Below are positions 28,101-40,349 of a stretch of DNA of 64,000 bases, piece by piece; positions within the stretch are counted from its first letter, which is position 1; every line of letters starts with the position of its first letter. The DNA comes from Orbicella franksi (Eukaryota). The stretch spans positions 23,994,001 through 24,058,000 of the forward strand of contig OZ116698.1 in NCBI GenBank assembly GCA_964199315.1, read 5' to 3'. The position numbers and the translations under genes were made by a program. The notes under the pieces are model-generated. The model worked only from the letters and a program-made list of their open reading frames with translations. It searched no databases and was not told where the DNA came from.

Positions 28101-31100
28101 TTACTGTCACGTAATATTTCTTTCCATGCAAAAGAGTCAGGTTATGAAGGCGACTAGCTTTGGTTTTTAAATGGTGCACTTCTATGAATGGCCATGCGCA
28201 CGCGTCTAATCCAGATGCATTGGGTGGCAGATCTCTAATGCACCAATCGTATCTTGAGATACTAAATGTAGGATCCTTAAAACCACGCCAGTGTGCCCAA
28301 ATAGCTCTATCATCGAGCTGGAAGTCAATGTCATTTTCTGACGAGAACGGTCCGTCGCTTACAACACCAGCAGATAGTTTTCCTAATATTACAAGCATTC
28401 CTGGCGAGCAATCTGTTCTGTGAAGCCCAGCACCATTCGTAACTCGGACAGAAACAAAATAAGTTTCGTTTTCCATAAGGGTTTGATTCTCGATGATAAC
28501 TCCGCCAACAGAGTCATCAGCTACTACTTCAGTGTATAAATTGTCGCCATCTTGTTTCAGTTTTTGGCAGTCTGTTCCAATTGCCCAGCTGGTCTTCTTG
28601 ATACCACTTTCAGGATCTGTAAATCCTGTCCAAGTGACAACAAAAGAGGAATTGGACAGCTTATTGCTGCTTTGATCATAACTGCGTGGGAATACATGAT
28701 GGGCAGCTACAATCCCAGGGCTTGGCGCTGAACGATCAATGATAATGGTATTTGAGGAGGATTTGCTAGACAGGCCACCTTTATTAACCGCAAAAATATT
28801 TAAAAAACACGTACTGCCCTGCTGGAACGAAACGCTTGATATTGATATGTTAGTTACTGATGGCGAAACGTCGGAAAAGTTCTTGATGTCATTCGTTCCT
28901 GGAGTTGTTCCAAGTCCCCAGGACACTGACTTCACGCCACTTTCTCTGTCGCTTACTGACCATTCAACTTTTAAGAGATCCCTCTCTGGATCAAATGCGA
29001 GCTTTAGATTACTCACTTCAGGAGGTGTATTATCAATTGTAACACCATCTGTCCATTTAATTGACTTCAAGCCAACAGCGTTCGCAACCTCAATTCCAGA
29101 TTGGTAAGTGTGTCCTTCAATAAAGCGTGCTGTCATTCGACCTCCGCCTGTAATTACTGCGGATCCAGTTAGGTTCACACGCGTCTTCAAAGTGTAAAAC
29201 GGAATGGCGGACTCCTTTGTTTGCATATCTCTGACCGAAAACTGATACCGAACTATTGGAGATTCGTTGTCATGGCAAACCCAAGAAATAATGAATCTGT
29301 TTGAGCTCGGAGCATATTCAATGTCATTTGGATAGTTACTTTTGCCATCCCAGACCTGGGAGCATATTGGAGGAGTAGTATCAACAGCAAATCCATCTGA
29401 TTGTATGGTAGCTTCTAGGCCGATGCTGTTCACTGCTGTTACGTTGACATAATAAGTTTTTCCGCTTGCAAGTTCTTTTGATAGCTCCAAAGTTAAACTA
29501 GTAACATTCCCACGAACCCTGAAGGAATCATGCATATCCAGCGAGGTGTTGCGGGAACTCCTTCCCCATACTTTAAGTCTGTATACCTGAATGCCACTTT
29601 CAGCATCAACAAACTTAAAAATAACAAACAAAGTCCTATTTGCAGTCTGATAGTCACCATCCCGAACATAAGTTGGATTAGGGGGCGTATCGTCGTATAC
29701 GATTCCATCGGAATAAGAGGCTGTTGTAAGGCCAGCTTTGTTAGTGCATCGAACAGTACTAAAGTAGCGAGCACCCAAACGAAGCTTTCGATTGGTTATA
29801 AAAGAGGTTTGGGACACTGGTAGGCTGGTGAAATTTACAATGTCTGCATCACCTGGCTGTAGACCAAAAGCGATAGCAATGGCGGAGAGGCCGCTCTCTG
29901 GATCCTCGCACTTCCATGTTGCTTTCAGGGAATTTTCCGATGTATAGCTTAACTCATTATCGGGATCATCACCATCACGACCTGGTTGTGAAAAAAACGG
30001 AGGACTGAAATCTACCAGTACGCCATTGGATGTAGCCATAAAGCTGGGCATCCCGAGTATGTTGTAGGCAATCACTGATGCATAGTAAACTTGACCAGAC
30101 TTCAGCTCCGAAACTTTCAGTCTAGAGCTTGTGGCGGTGTTTACCATCCCCACGTTTGTGAATCCTTGCACGTCTTGGCCACCTGGGAAAGAACCAAACG
30201 CCAGATGATATGACACGATGCTTGTTTCATGTTCTGTAAAGTTACCCCATGAAGCTGTAAGAACGGAGCTCTCCATTTGTGTGCCTATCTCCTGCCCTGG
30301 TCTTCCATTAGAAACATAACCTGGATGAGGAGGGGTTGTGTCTACCAGCACACCATTGGAATGAAAGAATTTGGAATTCCCAGCTCTATCCTCCAACTTA
30401 AGACATGCGTAGTACGTCTGTCCCGAGATTAACGCTAGTCCGGATAAAACATAGAAGTTTGTGTCACTTGAAACGATTACCTCTTTCCTCGCATCACAGA
30501 AAGTCGACCTCGATTTGCTAGACAACCCAAGGTACACTTTGTCGATTCCTGAGAAATCAGTAAAACCATACCAGTGCGCACGGTAGACGGAGGCAAAGCT
30601 CTGATACCTGGCATCCTGTAAGTCCCAGCCATCTAATACTATCCCATCTTGAGGTACGTCAAAATCAGAGACCAGAGCGGGGGAAGATTTAACAGTGGGG
30701 AGGCCAGCGCTGTTTAAAGCTAATACGGTGATGAAATAACGCCTGTTGTTTTCCAGAAATGTTGGTGTCAGCGATGTCCAGTTAGCTCGCAATGATGATG
30801 TCGGAAAACGTAAAGAGAAGGACTGGAATTTAATGATGTCATCACCGCCGGAATAACTTCCAACGCCAATTTTGTAAGCTTTCACCCGGGAAAGTTCGTC
30901 TTCAACCATAAAGTAAGATCGAAATGTTACGACAGAAGCGTTTACATATTCCAACGTTTCGCCAAAATGGCCATGCTGCACCAGAGTTATTAAAGGAGGA
31001 CTGCTATCAACAATAAACGTGTTTGACAGACCACGGGAAGCAACACCTGCTTTGTCGCTGGCTTCAATAGCAACCGAGTAGAGCCCATCTTTAAGATTAA

Positions 31101-34100
31101 TGTTACGGCCAGCGTATCTTTGGCGTCCAGCTAACTTGAATGGGGCGAGAAGCTGCTCAGTAGTTTGCGATACCACAGAAATACTAAACATACCAATTCC
31201 ACTGTGAACATCAAAAAAGCTGTCGTTGCCACACTGATTATTGTTCTTTAAAACTGCAGATGCTCTCTTCTCATCCGCCAAGCACCAATTCCATCTTGCC
31301 CATACTGACGTAGTTATCCACTGGTACAAGATTGGTGGACCTGCCAATCCGGTGAAAACTTTTCCAGAATGCGGAGGGACAAAGTCTACAATAGCACCAT
31401 CGCTGCTTGCGTTGATACACATACCCACTCTGTTACAACCAATCACAGTCACGAAGTAACGCCGACCACTTTCGAGGAGGATTCCTGTTATTGTCTCATT
31501 GGTCTCCGAGCCCACCGAACTGAAAGCTTTAATGTCAGCAAGTCCAGATTTAGTACCAAGCCCCACACGATATTCCACCAGCCCACTTTCTGCATCAGAA
31601 AAAGCTTGCTCCCAGTGCGCACTATAAGAAAAGCGGTCATTAGTATAGTTCTTGTCTATTTCTCCTTGTCCATCTTTGATGTATAGTGGTGCAACCGTTG
31701 GTGGTGTCATATCAATTAAAATGCCATCCGAGGAGATAGTTTTCTTCAGACCCGCTCCATTAATGATCTTTATGGTAACATGGTATCGAAACTTTACGAA
31801 AATGTTAATGTCAGGAAGTTGAACATAAAAAATACCATCCATTATGGTTTGTGGCAGAAGGTCGAGTTTTTCAAAGGCTCGAATGTCATCTCCACCAGGG
31901 TAAGTCCCGACACCTACAAGCTGTGAACGAATGGTACTTTCACGATCTGAACATTTCCATTTTGCTTGGATACTTTTTAATTCTCTCACGAAGTCTACGT
32001 CTGACGTGTCCTTTTCATCAGAGACGTCAATCACGCGTCCTTCACAATACGGTGGTGTATTATCAGGTATAAATCCATTTGTCTCGATGACCGCTTGAAG
32101 ACCGGCAGCGTTAGTTCCACGAAGGGTAATCCTATAAGGAGAGCCCGCCTCAAGAGAAAGGCCATCAATGAGGGGTGTCGTTTGGGTGACAGGTACATTG
32201 ACAAAAGCTGTGACTTCTTCACCAGACATATTTCTCACAATTTTCCATTCATACTTGGTAATCGGACTTTCACGATCAATAAAACGATCAAACTTTGCAC
32301 GGACACGTCGTATTGATGGAAGAAAGCTCGCGTCAACTTCACCAGCACCGTCTTGAACATATGTTGGTATGGGCTGAGTTATGTCAATTAAGATACCGTC
32401 GCTGCACATAACCGCTTTTAATCCAAACTTATTCATTGCATACAAGCGAGTGAAGTACGTTTTTCCGTGTTCAAGATTTAAACCACTAACTTGAATAGAG
32501 TTAGAATTTCCAAGAGATTTCAGAGGAACCACGTCTGCTTCTAACGCATCAAACGTACAAGCTGGGTTTGAAGAAACTCCCCATTTGATCTGGACAATTT
32601 CATTTGAATCACTTTTAAATGCGAAGTTCATTCCTAAAGTGTAATTATCGGACTGATAGTCAGCATCTTTTCCTTTTACTACGCCATCATAAACATAACG
32701 AATTTGTGGTCCTTTTCTCCTCGCGGGAAACGACGGACAATTTGCCAAGGAACTGTCGAGTCCTTCTTCGTTTGTCGCCATAACACTGACAAATACATCT
32801 CTACCGTCCATGACCGCGAGGTTTGTGACAACCTTGCTAAGCGATGTACCCACCCAAGAAGAGTAGTCATCACCTGAGCCTTCTATAGATCCTATCCTGA
32901 CTTGATAAGCACCAATTTTTGAGTCTTCCTTAAATCCATGCCACTCTACAAAGTATTTGGTGTCTGCCACCTGCCGAGCTACACACGTTCCCGCTTTCGG
33001 AGGCGTGCTGTCTTTTTCTTCCTTGCAACTCGTGAAAAGGACTTGGTTGATTTGTTTTGTTGTCCACGACCACTCCTTAAAAGTGTTCATTGAGCCCCAG
33101 TAGAATTCTATATCACACCCAATTAACCAACAATCAATGCTTATTTTCATAAACCTGTACCAAAGATAAACTCTGATGCTCAAAGGGGTCAAGCGAATTC
33201 TCAGTTCGATGCATGCTTTTAAAGGCCAGCTGCCAAACGATATACGCAACTCCGGAATAAGGTAAATTTCCAGCAGCCTGGCTTCAATTGTAACTCCAGC
33301 TTCAATAACATAAAGAGGAACGCTAGCACTAGCGTATACAGAGATCCACGCCCCGGGAATCAAACCTGAAGTAAAGAGATTCTTTTTTAAACAAAGTGTT
33401 GCCTGGTAACCTATACTATAATGACCAGCAGCACCTGCAACAAACACAACATATATTCCAAACACTGGAAAACCTGTTGTATATCGATAAAATTCACGGG
33501 AACCTCGCAATAACGTTCCTCTGTGAGAAAATTCACAGGAACCTAAACCTGTAGCACTTCTTTGCACTCTTTTTCGGTGAATCTTTTCAAGTTGCTCATG
33601 GTAGACATCTGTTTCCAGGAGCTCCTGAGAGATACTTCGTTTGCGTTTTGTTCCACACATGTGATCTCCGATTGGAAAGAGCGTCCGCGGTCTAACAACG
33701 TCGTAGTTCCTTACTTTAAAGTAAATACAGTTCTCTTTTATACCAAAGGTGGTATTGAGAATCGGCAGCCTTATTTTAAAGTATCTGTCTTCAAAGTCGC
33801 CACCAAGTAGTTCGAAATTTTCTTTTTCAGCAAACGTACCACTGGAGAATGCCAATAAAATAACTTCATTATCAACTCTGTTGACAGATTCTAATCCAGA
33901 GGGAGTTCGAACCACTCTTGCTAGGGTGTTTTCTCCCGTTTCGTCTCCATTATTCAAGTGATGAAATTCAAGCTTGCACTGAAACCCAGCAACCATTGCA
34001 CACCTTGAGATACACGCATAGTCGTTACCAAACTGCCTTATAATCGTCATCCCTTGAGCATTCTTTCCGATGTGAATTACTCTGTATGGGGCTAAACCAG

Positions 34101-37100
34101 CGATAGCGAGATCGCCATCCAGTGACAGCCTATAACCGTACGCCTTACCCACTTTGCCGTTTGTTATCCATAGGACATTGCGTTGTTCATCGTAAGACAC
34201 AGACCCAGCTGCTCCCTCTACAGTCACAGTCTTGAAGATATCAACTTGTGAAGGTTTAGGTGAAGAAAATGATGACGTTATGTCGACTTTTTTTACCGAA
34301 AGGATTTCATTTCCATCATTGTTGCTGATCCAGATGTAATTCCTAGCTATAGCAACACCACCAATTTTTACCGACAAAATAACACTGTGTTTCTTTAGCT
34401 GAACAATTTTCTTGACCCCCTTATCAACGTTTGTAACAACAAGGAGCGATGCTTTGTCTTCATTACTTGCTACGCCGTACATTCCCAGAATCATATCTTT
34501 CTCGGAGAGCTGAGCAATTCCCTCCACTTTATAGTCATCAAACAATCCCGGTGTAAGCCAACGTCCGCTCTTTTTCATTGAAGATAGATCATCAAGATGC
34601 GGAAATTTCCAAGTGAAAATATCTGATAAATACTGAGGTGATGATCTCCTTATAGATCTTAAGCAAACCTCCTTAGAGCAATACGGTAAATCTTGCCAAG
34701 GTTTGTAAGTGCTGGGGTCTAAGCCTCTTTGTCTCGTCTGAATCGTGTTCAACAAATTGGTGACTTTTTCTAAAAATCCATTGACTTTGTCAACCGCATC
34801 GGCCACTTCTGAGGTGTATTTGTCAAGATGAGGTTTCACCTTGTCGCTTATCTCTTCAATATCAGCAAGAAGGATGCTAGTTGGCTTCGAAAACAAAGCC
34901 GTCACCTCCTGTAGATTATCAGCAAATGCCAGCGCTCCTTTAGTACTGGTATCCAAAGCCTTCATAACACTATTAACATCTTTTGTCTTTTTCCAGAGCT
35001 GATACGATAATTCAAGCTTGGAACGTATGCTCTTCAGTGACTGTACGTGTTTATGTATAGCGTCTTCGTAAACACTACGGAATCCCAGAAAAGTATTTTC
35101 CTGAAAATTCTGAATTCGGTTGTCCAACTCCTTGGCTTTTTGTATATAATCAACAGCTCTTTCCGGACCATCGTTTGCATATTTTATGGCCCTTTTTCGA
35201 CTTCCAGTTCCCTTTTGTTGGTCTTCGTCAGCAGCAGTTTGTCCTGTGATCTTCTGCAAGATTGCTTTTACTCTTTGAGTATTATCTTGAAGAGAGAAAT
35301 TCCGTACTTGCTGCATAAGTAGCTTAATGCTATCCACCACTTCTGTTATGTTGCTGACACCCTCCTCGCACTTGCTGAGCAAGTCGGTGTACTCACTGGC
35401 TTTCTCAAGTTTGTCCTTAACGATATCTAGCTTCTTTTTAATAACTTTCCCTTGCTCAATGAACGCTTTGGAAATGCAGGTACCGCCTTTCACACATTTC
35501 TGTAACTTGAAGTTCTTCCACGTTTCCGGAACCAGTTCACTGAGGACAACTATTTCTTCCTTAACGTCTTCATACTGATGGATAACGAACCTACCAATCG
35601 AGAGTGCTTTTTGGACACAGGGTCTCGTGCTTTGGACAAATATTTGAGTCATCTGCTCGCAGTCAGGTAACTTTCTTGCTGTTTCAAGTATGGTCGAAAA
35701 CGAGCTCGTAACAGGCTTGAGATCGTGTAGAACTGCTATCACATCATCAACCATTGAACTAATTCCTTGCAGTTCTTCTTTTGTCTCGTCTACAGAATCC
35801 TTTATACTCCTAAATTTTGGCAACGCTTTTTCGACGAGCGTGTTGGCTTCTTGATTGAAAAATTCGTTGAGCTCTTGCACAACATCAGAAGGTCTGACAA
35901 GCACTGCAGCAGTGATGGCTTTGAACTTGTTACAAACATTTTGTAACCGTTGGTCAAAGTCATTTCCGAACTGTTTTCGGATATCAAGCTTTTGAATTTC
36001 GTCTTTATAATTCTGTGCTTCATTTGCAAAATCAATGATTTTGTCTGCAGTTTTCCTTGCCTTGATTGCATATTCTGGAAGGCTTTTTAGATGTTTAAGA
36101 ACTTCATATAAGCGAGAAGCTATATCTCGAAGGGCGTTAAGAAAGTCATTTTTCGTGTTTACAATTGATAGAAAATTCCCAATTATTTGGGAAACACGAG
36201 AAATCTTTCCCACACGAGCTGCCAGGTTTTCTTCGTACCACGTTTCGACGTTTGTGACTGCAGACTTCAAATCTGTCCCAAAAGTTTTGATTTTTGATGC
36301 CACAGGTCCAATCACAGATGCTAGGTCATTAACTGCCTGACGCGCGTTGTTTTGTACTTGATCGATGACATCAGCGGACAATGTTGATGCTTTGGTACAG
36401 GCCCCACTGAATTCCGTCGACGTTCCTCTCGTAAAGTTTACGGCACCATCTACTATATTCTCAATATTGCTTAGTTTGTCCGTAGTTTCTTTTAGAGAGT
36501 CAGAAATGAAGTGTTTCACAGAAGTGGTGAAATTCTGGTCAATCTCGTCTATTGAAGTATCTAAGACAATTGTAAGGTTAAGCAATTCTTTGAGAACGCT
36601 TTGTGTTGTATTTTGAATGTCCTTGAGAAGAAATATGCCTTCCTTTTCAATCTTATCTTTAAAGTCTTCGAAGCTCTGGGAAAAGTTTACTGCTGTTTCA
36701 TGGATTCGACAGGTTTTCTGGACACTCTGTTCTGCGAACTGCGTCATTGCTGGTCCAAGTTCTTGAAAAAAGTCCGTCATATGACTTATGGAAGAAACGT
36801 TTAGAACATGAAGGTCAAGTGTGTCAGTTACTTTCAAAAGAAACGCTTGCAACAAGTCGGAGGGGTCAGAGGAATTTCCATGGTCGTTCTTGTAAATCTC
36901 CGTGAAATGCGTTTGTAAGTCAGATGATCTACCGGGTAAGATATCTTGAAAGAACGTGTCGAGATCGAAATCGAGGAGTGTAAACTGCCGGAAAAATTCT
37001 CCAAATTTTCCAAGGAGAGCAACGACTGTCTGAAAATCCGTCGATTTCAAGTTGAGATCGAATCTGAGGTAAACCTTCCAGTCAAAATCAAGGCCAAAAT

Positions 37101-39581
37101 TAAACTTTCGGCTTTGAAACACTGGAGAATGTATTTTCAGAAACGGAAGGCTTAATGTGGGTAACTTTGTCCCATCCAACGAATCCAGCGAATTAGACAT
37201 TTCCAGATATTTGCTACTGAAACGCTGCAATCTTAACAAAACTTGCTGAAACCTGTTTAGTGAGAAGGAGAAATGGATCGAGAACTTGAATGGAAGGTGT
37301 AAGCGGAATCCATCAGGCACAGACGACCCTAGTGTCTTGAAATATTCCTTAATCTCGGCGTCCTGTTGACTGACAGGAACCTTTCTGAGATTGTGAAGAA
37401 GGTTCTTAATATTAAAGTCACCCGGGAGATTTTTTGGCAGCTGCTTACTTACGTCATCGATAATTCCAAGTATTGTGTCTAAAGAACGAAGAACTTTCTT
37501 GAACAGGGTCTCCAAACCACTAAGCTTTGTCAGACTGTGCTGTAATTTCTTGATTCTATCTATCAACGATGTCCAGTCGTTAGCACGAAAACTCAAATCT
37601 CTGGAGAAGCCGATTATCTTTCTGGTGGCCTTAATGGCTTGCAAAGGAAGAGTCAGTTCTTTCAAAAAACTGTTAATTTTTCTGGCAAAGTCTGTGAACT
37701 TATCAATGTTTAACGGAATATACCTGGCGAGCGTTGCTCGGAATTTCTCGATTTCCCTAGTAATTACACTTGCAATACTGTCGAAGGTTCTGAGAAGTTC
37801 ATCTCCAGCATCTGCAACAGTGTGAATAAGATCTTTTGGAATGTCGTTTTTAAAACTTGCTGAGACCTTGAACGCAGCTTTGCCCTTGGCTACATCAAAA
37901 GGAATCTTGAGAATGTGACCTCTAATCAACGCGTAATTATCAAGATTAATTTCAAATTTTCCACCGAAAAGTCCAACGCGTAACTCGAGTTTATTCAAGA
38001 ACTGAATGACAGTTTCAGCACCTAACCAGTCTCCCCCAACAACCTTATCCCAGCGCTTCACTCGGCCGATTTCGTAGCTGCGAGGGCGGAGCTCTGGTAT
38101 CAGGGCACGTTTGCGGCGATGAATTACTCTACGCTTGGTACGTAAATCTATTGCTCTGCTATGATTGCCATGGTTTTCAAGGAATTCTTGTATTGCCGAG
38201 TCCAAGGAGTCATCCTTGTCGGCGTGCCACATTGCTTGCTCCAATCCTAGAACTACTGATTCAGTCAAGTTTTGGTGGCGATCAATAAAAACATTGACTA
38301 CTGCCGTCTTGACTTCCTTGTGTTCATCTTGGTTCAAGGCTGTCATCAGATGTCGGTCTGTGTGCTTTGGAGACATTTTTCGCATAGCTGAAATCACCGC
38401 TGATCGAATATCAGAGTTATCGTGCTCAATGTGTTCGAGAATGACTGGAAGTCCGGAGTGATGACCAAGATTTCCAAATGCCCAAATGTGGTCTCTCAGG
38501 TGTGATTCATATTCCATACTTTCCGGATGATAAATGCTTGACTTGTTTCGGTACCTGTTGTGAATCATCTCAGCAACGCTATCGCTTAAGGTTTCATTGT
38601 ATCCTGCTCTTTTTGCTTTTTCTGTAAGTCCAGCCAAGACCAGCATTGCTGTAGCTGTAACAGCTTCTTCTTTGCCGTCTTCCATCGTCAGATCAAAAAG
38701 GGCGTTAAAGAGACTAGAGTGCAGTGGTCCGTCTGGTAGGTACAAAATTGATATCAGCAAAGTCTCGTATTCTTCGCTGCTGAGAAGCCTTGGATAATCT
38801 GTCTTTACGGCGTATGCTAGGGTACTTTGGGCTTCATATTTGCCGTGCGCAGCTAGAGCGGCTAAATAAACGGCCCATGAGGTTAGGTTTTGGTGATTTC
38901 GATTTTGGACCAACCTTTTGACTGCTCTGAATACATTTTTATCATTGCGAACCATGTGGTGCAGCTCATTCGTACAATAACCAACTTCCCGCTCTTCAAC
39001 GGTGTCGTCTACAAAACAGCGTAAGACCTCGTACAAAGGTCTTGTTTTCTTCTTTTCCTTGCTTATCTCTGACACTTTTATTTTGTCTGTGTCATCAAGC
39101 AGTAAGCTGTCTCTAGTAAGAGATTTTGTTGTCTTGAGATGTTCGTTCCAGGCAGTGGAGCGCTTGGAACGTTGATGTTCAGGACCAGAGCACGATATTA
39201 AGGTCAGTTTGCTGTATCCACTGGTTGACATCTCTATATCCTGTTTTGCGAAGGCTTTAAAATTCTCTGCCCTTGGGTGTCCTTTGGCTGGCCTGAAGAA
39301 TGCACTTGTGGTGCGGTGAACGTTATCTACTTTTCCATCTTTAAGATGCACATGAACGCTATGCTGAGACTGAACCTTGTGTTCTCCTTTCGGCGGAGCA
39401 CCATCTGCAAATTGCTGGTAGTCGAAGTTGGTCCAGGTTCGATGGAGATGAGCGTGTGTATCATTTAAGGATAGCACATTGTACTTGGTTCGGAAGATAC
39501 CAGAATCATCGTACTCTTCTACCTCGTAGGTGTTGGCTCTATGCGCGTCCCTCAGATTGACTTGAAAAGCACCAACGATGC
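12752..39581 (-). CDS. Giant single-pass membrane protein (>=6,660 aa): LLTP/vitellogenin-like N-domain, helical region, ~30 FN3-like repeats, FG-GAP-like propeller, ZU5/GPS-like module, Calx-beta, TM, NPxY tail; 5' exon(s) not found
   Basis: Twelve exons with GT-AG sites and consistent phases: 39581-27537, 27363-25883, 25457-24815, 24357-23818, 23646-23457, 22505-19169, 18779-18276, 17573-17356, 16958-16800, 15165-14719, 13916-13873 and 13128-12752 (TAG). They sum to 19,985 nt with no internal stop or frameshift. Confidence 0.9.
13873..13916 (-). CDS. 44-bp exon of the giant gene (juxtamembrane basic segment)
   Basis: gttttcag|A...T|gtaagt; phase 2 to 1, which bridges the neighbouring exons (TATKRRRQETEIPH). 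Confidence 0.75.
14719..15165 (-). CDS. Exon of the giant gene: Calx-beta domain plus transmembrane helix
   Basis: tttacag|T...AA|gtatgt; 447 bp, phase 2 to 2. Calx-beta pattern VLRSKGSLGDITVEW...SGNVSMTDGQ...QLENPTGGALL, then hydrophobic WIITTISACAASVIVLFAASCGI followed by RYKK. Confidence 0.85.
16800..16958 (-). CDS. Exon of the giant gene carrying the GPS-like CHLTQF motif
   Basis: cattctag|G...AG|gttcta; 159 bp, phase 2 to 2. Translates (W)FDAALTCPEPWSHVNRSMKLLEVHVCHLTQFSFFFSFY. Confidence 0.8.
17356..17573 (-). CDS. Exon of the giant gene: ZU5/GAIN-B-like region
   Basis: caacag|CAA...TG|gtaaat; 218 bp, phase 0 to 2. Motifs FKFVKPIKL and LYLWD..NETW. Confidence 0.85.
18276..18779 (-). 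CDS. Exon of the giant gene: last FN3-like repeat and start of the ZU5-like domain
   Basis: tttgacag|GTG...aag|gttcgt; 504 bp, phase 0 to 0. Motif GTLDVPKGAV. Confidence 0.85.
19169..22505 (-). CDS. Exon of the giant gene: FN3-like repeats, FG-GAP-like propeller, Cys-rich module
   Basis: cttgcag|TTGG...cag|gtataa; 3337 bp, phase 2 to 0. Motifs YGVSVAV, LGQAFAL, FGHSISL; CPPNHF...CQPCEEGRKS...CSVC. Confidence 0.9.
23457..23646 (-). CDS. Exon of the giant gene: FN3-like repeat
   Basis: ttctgcag|GT...aag|gtaaca; 190 bp, phase 1 to 2. Confidence 0.88.
23818..24357 (-). CDS. Exon of the giant gene: FN3-like repeats
   Basis: tttttag|GA...cag|gtgaga; 540 bp, phase 1 to 1. Confidence 0.88.
24815..25457 (-). 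CDS. Exon of the giant gene: FN3-like repeats
   Basis: ggatag|GTT...cag|gtacaa; 643 bp, phase 0 to 1. Confidence 0.88.
25883..27363 (-). CDS. Exon of the giant gene: FN3-like repeats
   Basis: ttttcag|GA...aag|gtgagc; 1481 bp, phase 1 to 0. Confidence 0.9.
27537..39581 (-). CDS. Giant exon (12,045 bp, phase 1-1): LLTP-like domain, amphipathic helical region, beta-rich domains, first ~17 FN3-like repeats
   Basis: Acceptor cttctcaacatcag|GC and donor caag|gtaacc, within the 4033-codon ORF. LLTP-like motifs: GIVGAFQ; EEYDDSGIFRTKY; AMLVLAGL; IWAFGNLGH..GLPVI; IRSAVISAMR. Repeats carry DxTPP..G.V.DG and F.D.ESG..Y motifs. Confidence 0.9.
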
Positions 39582-40349
39582 CTGATGTTGAGAAGTGCAT
39601 TACATGTATATGTTATTTTCTATTTCTCATACTGGAGTACCAGTTAGATGTGTTGAAAATACACACTTCAGAGAGTTAAGTGGAAATTTTAGTGGAAGTT
39701 TAACCCCCCGGAAATTACAAAACTGCCGATTTTCTTTCCGGCGATCGGTGTAAATCGTCTGAGACAAAAAGCTCTCCGAAATGAAAACTGGTAATTTGGA
39801 ACTGGACAAACGAGTTCAACAGTATAAGCCTCCAGACGTGCTCAAAGGAGGGGGGAGTAGGCGTTAGAGGGGAAGATGGGCCTTTTCTTATCAATTGCCT
39901 AAAATTTGGACAAATGTATGCCCAAATAACCATCATTCGTTGCCGTCACCTTACTGTCGAACCTTTTTACGCAAACCCTGGTAAAGGATATATTTTCTGA
40001 AAGCTCAAGGATTGTAGATTACGAAGGAATATTCGATAAAATCAAACATTTTAGTGTTTTCCGATTACAGCGCCCGATTTCGTAAAGTAAAGAGGTTCAC
40101 TAATCAAGTTCGTTTCCTTTCGGATTTGAGCGGGAGGAAGCGATCAACTTCGCTATGTCTTCTTGACACCTTTCTCTAAAAAACTGTCGCGAAATTGTGA
40201 TCACTTCTCTGGTTTGTTATTGACACGTTATTTGTTATCGACACGCAAATTCGAGAGTTGATAAACATGCATTCTGTTCACTATAATAGTTATAACTAAT
40301 GAAAGAATCGTCCGACAAGGATGTGTTATGTCAGCGTTACTGTACAACA

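Noticed and set aside
19316-38797. Many 60-146-aa ORFs antisense to or overlapping the giant exons
   Set aside because: Expected shadows of a long coding frame; no independent motifs.
27499-39600. Bacterial contaminant or prokaryotic giant adhesin explanation for the 4033-codon ORF
   Set aside because: The ORF is bounded by canonical splice sites in phase with eleven downstream exons and is embedded among eukaryotic SINEs, LINEs and MITEs.
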